DNA from: Candidatus Aceula lacicola
Lineage (GTDB): Bacteria > Omnitrophota > Gorgyraeia > Zapsychrales > Aceulaceae
Assembly (NCBI GenBank): GCA_030765785.1
Contig: JAVCCC010000021.1
Location: forward strand, 1 to 59,239
Direction: 5' to 3'
DNA: 59,239 bases
The notes under the pieces were generated by a model that made no database searches, was not told the DNA's origin, and worked only from the letters and a program-made list of their open reading frames with translations. Positions 53,506 to 59,239 of the stretch are shown here, piece by piece (the first letter of the stretch is position 1; every line of letters begins with the position of its first letter). The position numbers were made by a program, and so were the translations under genes.

Positions 53506-54297
53506 TTACTTCTGCGGCATCTTGAGAACGATCACTTCTTCTATTTGTGACAACGAGACAACAGGCTCAACAAAACATTCAATCGTTGGACTACTAGGAC
53601 TGTCTTGTACAGCAATAACCTTCCCAACTAAAAGCCCCTCTGGAAAAAAAGAACTTAACTTTGACGTGATAACATTATCTCCAATATTAGTTTTCGATTT
53701 TGGCGAAAGATATTGCATTCGACAAATTCCCTGCAATGTTCCGGAAACTAAACCCTGTTCTCGATTATGTTGAATTATTGCAGCGACACTGAAGCTCGGA
53801 TCTGTCAAAAGCATAACTTTACTTATTTTAGACCCAACTTCTAGAATTTTTCCAACAACACCTAAAGAGCTCACAACTGGCATCCCCTGCTTTAATCCAT
53901 CAATAGAGCCACGATCAATAACGATAACCGCACTCCAATTTGACGGATCTCGACCAATTACGCTTGCTGCAACAGAAGAAAAAACAGATGTTGATTTAAA
54001 ATCTAAGAGATCTTTAAAACGGCTATTTTCTTTTGAAAGCTCCTCTTGTTCGATTAAGCGCCTTTTTAAAATTTCGTTTTCATCTTTTAAAACTTTGTTT
54101 TGATTAAAAGTTTTTCGATAAAACAAAACCTTCTTCATTTCTTTTAATGGGAAAGTAACGATTTTGATAGGCCAAGACGAGACGGAAACAACAGTTGTGC
54201 GTAATCCAGAAAAAGTATTTTGATTAAGAAATAAAATAAAAAACGGCAGGGCGAGAACTAAAAAATATATAATTTTTTTTCGTGAGCTTTGAAACAC
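53506..54297 (-). CDS. mreC: Rod shape-determining protein MreC
   Basis: TM helix, coiled coil, IDRGSIDG..GMPV..GVVG, FPEGL.VG. Confidence 0.96.
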   Translation of the reverse strand: MFQSSRKKIIYFLVLALPFFILFLNQNTFSGLRTTVVSVSSWPIKIVTFPLKEMKKVLFYRKTFNQNKVLKDENEILKRRLIEQEELSKENSRFKDLLDFKSTSVFSSVAASVIGRDPSNWSAVIVIDRGSIDGLKQGMPVVSSLGVVGKILEVGSKISKVMLLTDPSFSVAAIIQHNREQGLVSGTLQGICRMQYLSPKSKTNIGDNVITSKLSSFFPEGLLVGKVIAVQDSPSSPTIECFVEPVVSLSQIEEVIVLKMPQK

Positions 54298-54316
54298 ATT
54301 AATATTCTTTTAAGCG

Positions 54317-55390
54317 TTAAAAATCAATTTTAGCAGGAACAACAAGTCCTCGACGTAATCGCGCTGGCATATCAAGCGTCTGACCCGTCCCTAAGACAAC
54401 CGCTGTCAACGGATCATCAGCAATATGAACAGGAAGACCTGTTTCTTCAGCAATCAATTTATCAAGACCTCTTAACATAGAACCTCCGCCTGCCATAACA
54501 ATACCTCGATCAATAAGATCAGCCGCAAGTTCTGGAGGAGTCTGCTCTAAAGTTGTTTTGGATGCATCAACAATTGCACGTACTGGAGGCTGAAGCGCTT
54601 CACGAATTTCAACAGAGGTGATGGTAATTGTTTTTGGCAATCCTGAAATAAGATCTCGCCCTCGAACATCCATAGTCAACTCTTCATCAAGAGGATACGC
54701 AGATCCAATTCGGATCTTAATCTCTTCTGCTGTTCGTTCACCAATCATCAAATTGTATGTTTTACCTAGATAATCAATGATCGCCGTATCCATTTCATCG
54801 CCTGCAATTCGAATTGACTGTGAATTAACAATGCCACCTAAAGAAAGAACCGCAAACTCTGTTGTTCCTCCGCCAATATCAAGAATCATATTACCCGCAG
54901 GATCTTCTACCGGAAGACCAGCCCCAACAGCAGCAGCCTTTGGTTCTTCAATCAAATCAACCGAACGAGCACCAGCCCGCTCAGCAGAATCTTTAACAGC
55001 TCTCTTTTCTACTTCCGTAATACCAGAAGGAATAGCAACAACCATCGCAGGACGAACCAACACTCTTCGAGAATGGACTTTCTTGATAAAATAACGAAGC
55101 ATCGCCTCTGTTATTTCAAAATCGGAAATAACGCCATCGCGCATAGGACGCACAGCCACAATAGAGCCAGGGGTGCGACCAAGCATTCTTTTAGCTTCTT
55201 CCCCAACAGCTAAAACCTGTCCCGTTTCTTTATGAAGGGCCACAACAGATGGCTCGCAAAGAACAACCCCTTGTCCCTTAATATAAACTAAGGTCGTAGC
55301 GGTTCCAAGATCAATTCCCATATCATTAGAAAAAAGACCGAGCACATAATTTACAACTTTTTTGGTTCTCTTCAAAAATTTCTGTAACAT
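54317..55390 (-). CDS. mreB: Rod shape-determining protein MreB
   Basis: [33 protein letters not shown]. Confidence 0.99.
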   Translation of the reverse strand: MLQKFLKRTKKVVNYVLGLFSNDMGIDLGTATTLVYIKGQGVVLCEPSVVALHKETGQVLAVGEEAKRMLGRTPGSIVAVRPMRDGVISDFEITEAMLRYFIKKVHSRRVLVRPAMVVAIPSGITEVEKRAVKDSAERAGARSVDLIEEPKAAAVGAGLPVEDPAGNMILDIGGGTTEFAVLSLGGIVNSQSIRIAGDEMDTAIIDYLGKTYNLMIGERTAEEIKIRIGSAYPLDEELTMDVRGRDLISGLPKTITITSVEIREALQPPVRAIVDASKTTLEQTPPELAADLIDRGIVMAGGGSMLRGLDKLIAEETGLPVHIADDPLTAVVLGTGQTLDMPARLRRGLVVPAKIDF

Positions 55391-55414
55391 AATATCACTC
55401 CTATAGTAACAAAC

Positions 55415-55443
55415 ATCTTATATGAAAAGAAAAGCAGTGTCAA
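55415..55443 (-). promoter_or_regulatory. Sigma70-type promoter for the mre operon
   Basis: TTGACA-17 nt-TAAGAT; AGGAG SD at 55398-55402. Confidence 0.75.
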
Positions 55444-55456
55444 TCCTAAAGGCTTT

Positions 55457-56746
55457 TTATATTTTCTTAATTTTTGCCCCTAATTTTCTCAAATCAGAAA
55501 CAAAATCTGGATAAGACTTATCCACGCATTCTATATCTTTAACTCTCACACCAACTTTTAACCCTAAAACACAAAATGACATTGCTAAGCGATGATCATG
55601 ATGCGGGTTAAGCAGAGCATTCTTCTTGTATTCTTTTTGAGGATAAATAATTATCTCACCTTTTTTCTCAACAATCTTAACCCCAACCTTCACTAATTCC
55701 TTCCTTAAATCACTGATCCGGTCCGACTCCTTAACTCGTGCATGTTCAATACCATAAAGGCGTGTCTTTTTTTGAGCAAAAAGAGCCAAAACACTCATGA
55801 TTGGAAGAAGATCTGGACAATCCTTCAAAGAAAAAGAACCACCCTTTAAAGAAAATGGGCCCTTAAGCTCTAAAAAGTTCTTTGTCTTTTTTATCTTAAC
55901 GCCCATTATCTTTAAAAAATCCATTATTCTACCATCAGCTTGAATTAGGCTAGGATCTAAAAACCCTTTTAATTTTACATTCGACTCGACTAAAGCGGCT
56001 GCTGCTAACGAAAAAGCAGCCAATCCATAATCCGAAGGAACGATAAAGTTCTTCAGTCCCTTAAACTTCTGATTCGCTTTAACTAAAAAACAATTTTTTG
56101 ATACCCGTCGAACAGAAATGCCAGATTTTTTAAGAACGTTGATCGTCATCTCAATGTAAGTCTGAGAAACAAACGCCTTTCCTTTAACAGAAAGTCGCAA
56201 ATCATTCTTTAAAAACGGAGCTGCAATCAAAAGCGCAGATATAAACTGAGAACTTAGCGAGCCATCAATGCCAACTGGTCCTCCCTTTAAATGACCACCC
56301 TTAATATTAATCGGAACTGTTTCTTGAACGCCTTTCCCTTTGACATCTCGACCCATTTCTCGCAATACTTTTGTTAAAAACTGATTTGGTCGAGACCGAA
56401 GCGTCCCTTCTCCAATAACTTGACTCTTGCTATTTTTTAATGCCAACAGCGGCAAAACAAATCGTAACACTGTTCCAGATTCGTTAACATTAACGATAAG
56501 AAATTTTTTCTCTTTTAAGAAATTTGCTTTAATAAAGAAATCTTTTTTTGAAAGACAAGCAACGCTAGACCCTAAATGCTTTGCGGTTCGCATCGCAGCT
56601 TTGGCATCATCACAAGAAGAAAAATTTTTAATTTTAGATACACCACCACAAGCACTAATGATGGCAGCACGAATAGAATAAGATTTTGAAGAAGGGAGAA
56701 AAATGCTCCCTTTTAACTTTTTGGTAGGCCCAACTGAAAGAATCAT
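55457..56746 (-). CDS. aroA: EPSP synthase
   Basis: PSSKS, ESGT, SSQFIS, RVKESDRI, DHRLAM, KSYP. Confidence 0.96.
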   Translation of the reverse strand: MILSVGPTKKLKGSIFLPSSKSYSIRAAIISACGGVSKIKNFSSCDDAKAAMRTAKHLGSSVACLSKKDFFIKANFLKEKKFLIVNVNESGTVLRFVLPLLALKNSKSQVIGEGTLRSRPNQFLTKVLREMGRDVKGKGVQETVPINIKGGHLKGGPVGIDGSLSSQFISALLIAAPFLKNDLRLSVKGKAFVSQTYIEMTINVLKKSGISVRRVSKNCFLVKANQKFKGLKNFIVPSDYGLAAFSLAAAALVESNVKLKGFLDPSLIQADGRIMDFLKIMGVKIKKTKNFLELKGPFSLKGGSFSLKDCPDLLPIMSVLALFAQKKTRLYGIEHARVKESDRISDLRKELVKVGVKIVEKKGEIIIYPQKEYKKNALLNPHHDHRLAMSFCVLGLKVGVRVKDIECVDKSYPDFVSDLRKLGAKIKKI

Positions 56747-57564
56747 TACTTAACAACAACCTTGTCGTTAACTTTTAATTTGCTTGCTAATAAAGGAGGC
56801 AGAATATCAACAACGGACATTGTTGCCTGGACACGCGTTACCCTTGCTTCCCCCAGCAAAGATTTTCCTCGATATATTTCAACAACAGCGTCATCCTGAA
56901 GATTACTTGTTTGACCTAAATTAATAATAACAAAATTATTTTCATTATTTACTTTTAAAATTTGACCTTCAATAACTTGCGGAAGCTCGTCGATAACCTC
57001 TTTTCTTGTTGCAACAGATTCTGCCACATCACCAGGCGTAATGACAATCTTATCAAGCTCGACCTTAGTTTGCTCCGTGCCTTCTTCCAGAGACTTAATT
57101 CTTTCTTCTCTTTCTTTTAACTTTTCCGTAAGTTCTTTTCTTAAATCTTTTGATGCTGATAATTCCTGATCCAATAGAGACGTCTTCTCTCTTAAAGCAA
57201 TTGCTTCTTCCTGAAATTGATTCTTTTCTTCCGACAAGGAATCAACATCAGTCTTTAAAACCAAATTCTCTTTTTTAATTTCCTCTTTTAATGCTTTTTC
57301 CAGATCAACATCATCTAAAAGACCGTTAATCTTCTCATCTGCTTCTTTGAGTCGTTCCTCGAACAAAGTATTTTTTGCAACAGACACTTCTAGCTGCTCA
57401 GACATCTTTGCCCCTTCTTGTTCCGAAGTTTCAAGTTTTGCTTGAGTATCTTTGCGCATCTCACGTTCTTTTTGAAAGAAAAATATTGAAATGGCTGTTA
57501 AAGACAAAAGCAAAATTGAAAAAACGACAAGGAAAATTGTTGATGTTTTTCCCACTTTATTCAT
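56746..57564 (-). CDS. Hypothetical membrane-anchored coiled-coil protein with C-terminal beta domain
   Basis: N-terminal TM helix, ~140-aa coiled coil, GQILKVN..FVIINLG beta-rich tail; AGGAG SD. Confidence 0.82.
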   Translation of the reverse strand: MNKVGKTSTIFLVVFSILLLSLTAISIFFFQKEREMRKDTQAKLETSEQEGAKMSEQLEVSVAKNTLFEERLKEADEKINGLLDDVDLEKALKEEIKKENLVLKTDVDSLSEEKNQFQEEAIALREKTSLLDQELSASKDLRKELTEKLKEREERIKSLEEGTEQTKVELDKIVITPGDVAESVATRKEVIDELPQVIEGQILKVNNENNFVIINLGQTSNLQDDAVVEIYRGKSLLGEARVTRVQATMSVVDILPPLLASKLKVNDKVVVK

Positions 57565-57663
57565 ATCTATTTCTCCTAAATCTTATAAATAACTTATTGA
57601 TATTAATATTATTATAAAAGAAAGACTTAATAAGTAAAGCAGATTTGAAAAAAAACTAATTCT

Positions 57664-58557
57664 CTAAAAATCTCCTTTTAAAAACTCCTCCGGAATAGGT
57701 GAAGAAAATCCAATCCATTTTAGCTTAACAGGGTGCTTAAATGCAATCGATCGCGCATGCAATGCCAATCTTGAAAAACTATTTTTCTTACCATACTTAT
57801 CATCTCCTAAAACAGGATGTCCCAAATGTGCCATATGAACACGCAACTGATGGGTGCGCCCTGTTTTAGGTGTGAGATCAACAAGCGTCGTCGATTTAAA
57901 TCGTTTTAAAACCCTATAAATTGTCTTCGCAGATTTTGCATTTAGTCCAAGGACAGCTCTTTTTTCTCTAGACTGAGGATGCCTCCCAAGAGGAACATCA
58001 ACCATTCCTTCATCAAATTCAACTAAATTCTCAACCAAAGCAACATATTGTTTTTTCACAATACGTTTTTCGAATTGCCTTGCCAAACGAACATGTGTTT
58101 TATTGTTCTTCGCAACAACAATCAGTCCCGATGTTTCTTTATCTAAACGATGCACAATGCCTGGACGCAAAGCATCATCAGCGCTCGACAACTGCTGGTA
58201 GCGGTACAAAAGAGCATTGACAAGTGTTCCCCTATGACACCCTGGCGCAGGATGCACAACCATGCCGGTTGGCTTATTGACAACAACAATATCTTCATCT
58301 TCATAAAAAATATCAAGTGCAATATTTTCTGGTGTTGCGCGCAATGCTCCAGGAAGCTCAGATTTGACTTCTATCGTATCGCCCATTTGAATTTTATGAT
58401 GAGCTTTAACAATCTTCTGGTTAACAAGAACTAAATCTTGATCAATCAGATGCTTTGCAAAACTTCGAGATGGGCACTCAGGAAGACTTGACGCCAAAAA
58501 AATATCTAAACGCTCATTGACGCGATCTTCACCGACGATTAAGGTATGTATATCCAT
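57664..58557 (-). CDS. rluD: RluA/RluD family 23S rRNA pseudouridine synthase
   Basis: S4-like RLD, NKPTGMVVHP, HRLDKETSG, TGRTHQLRVH, GD..YG. Confidence 0.93.
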   Translation of the reverse strand: MDIHTLIVGEDRVNERLDIFLASSLPECPSRSFAKHLIDQDLVLVNQKIVKAHHKIQMGDTIEVKSELPGALRATPENIALDIFYEDEDIVVVNKPTGMVVHPAPGCHRGTLVNALLYRYQQLSSADDALRPGIVHRLDKETSGLIVVAKNNKTHVRLARQFEKRIVKKQYVALVENLVEFDEGMVDVPLGRHPQSREKRAVLGLNAKSAKTIYRVLKRFKSTTLVDLTPKTGRTHQLRVHMAHLGHPVLGDDKYGKKNSFSRLALHARSIAFKHPVKLKWIGFSSPIPEEFLKGDF

Positions 58558-59239
58558 AAATGGCTGATAAAAAAATACAAATATTAATAATTTGAAAAAA
58601 TCCTAAATTTAAAAAAATAGGATCATAATCCGCGCGTACGAATTGGATAAGGAACCTTTGAACTGAAGATAAAACAAAATAAGAAATAAAAATTGTTCCT
58701 AAGGCAATATTCTTTTTTTGAGAATATTTAAGAATAAAGAATATCGCAAGAAGACTCGCAAACGAATATAACTGCGTTGGGTGTAAGGTCGCAGCATGAA
58801 CAGGAAAAAAAATTCCCCATGCTACTTCTTTCCCATAACAACATCCATTTAAAAAACATCCCAATCGCCCAATGGCTTGGCCTAAGGCAATATAAGGTGC
58901 AATTAAATCCACGGTTTGCAAAAAAGGCATTTTCTTTTTTTTAATAAAAACAAACCCTGCCATCGATCCTAAGATCAATCCACCCTGCCACGCCAATCCT
59001 CCCTGATAAATCATAATGATTTCTAAGGGATTCTCAAGAAAATAGGACATATTTAAAAAAACAAAAAATATCCGACTTCCTAAAATACCAAAAATGGTAA
59101 CCCAAAAAACAAAATCAAAAATAAAATCTGGATTTATTCCTTTCTTCTTTGCCTCTTTTTGCAGCAAAAAAGAACAAACAACAATCGCAAGAGCCAACAT
59201 CACTCCATACGAATAAATTGTTAAAGGCCCTATTTTGAA
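58529..59239 (-). CDS. lgt: Prolipoprotein diacylglyceryl transferase; true start lies beyond the window end
   Basis: Frame open to the window edge (FKIGPLTIYSYG); GGL..QGG, GRLGCFLNG, HPTQLY. Confidence 0.95.
   Translation of the reverse strand, partial: FKIGPLTIYSYGVMLALAIVVCSFLLQKEAKKKGINPDFIFDFVFWVTIFGILGSRIFFVFLNMSYFLENPLEIIMIYQGGLAWQGGLILGSMAGFVFIKKKKMPFLQTVDLIAPYIALGQAIGRLGCFLNGCCYGKEVAWGIFFPVHAATLHPTQLYSFASLLAIFFILKYSQKKNIALGTIFISYFVLSSVQRFLIQFVRADYDPIFLNLGFFQIINICIFLSAIYGYTYLNRR

Noticed and set aside
57565-57663. TTTACT-16 nt-TATAAT upstream of the coiled-coil gene
   Set aside because: Non-optimal spacing in very AT-rich DNA; not supported enough to list

Overview
AT-rich bacterial chromosomal window with every supported gene on the minus strand. 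The gene content and protein style suggest a diderm, PVC-superphylum/Omnitrophota-like organism; this is an inference, not a database assignment. In transcription order: lgt (5'-truncated)-rluD, a membrane-anchored coiled-coil gene-aroA, mreBCD-mrdA-rodA, then a type IVa pilus locus. The locus holds a stand-alone MshEN-like domain, two tandem PilB ATPases, pilC, an exported coiled-coil protein, two separately promoted pilins, a frameshifted pilM and pilNOPQ. It runs directly into rng-rplU-obg-proB-proA-nadD-pgm-plsC, followed by rpsA and tyrS. The left 27.8 kb is a nearly spacer-free superoperon: tRNA-Thr, rpmG, tRNA-Trp, secE, nusG, rplKAJL, rpoBC, str, S10, spc and alpha, up to the start of rpsD. 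No mobile element, CRISPR array or rRNA was seen. Main leads: (1) a structured ~135-nt leader of the likely major pilin with SD, anti-SD and anti-anti-SD segments (candidate RNA switch); (2) the free MshEN-like domain plus twin PilB motor arrangement; (3) a one-base frameshift in pilM at T-AAA-AAG; (4) rpmA (L27) and rpmD (L30) missing from their usual loci, alongside divergent Obg and L16 loops.
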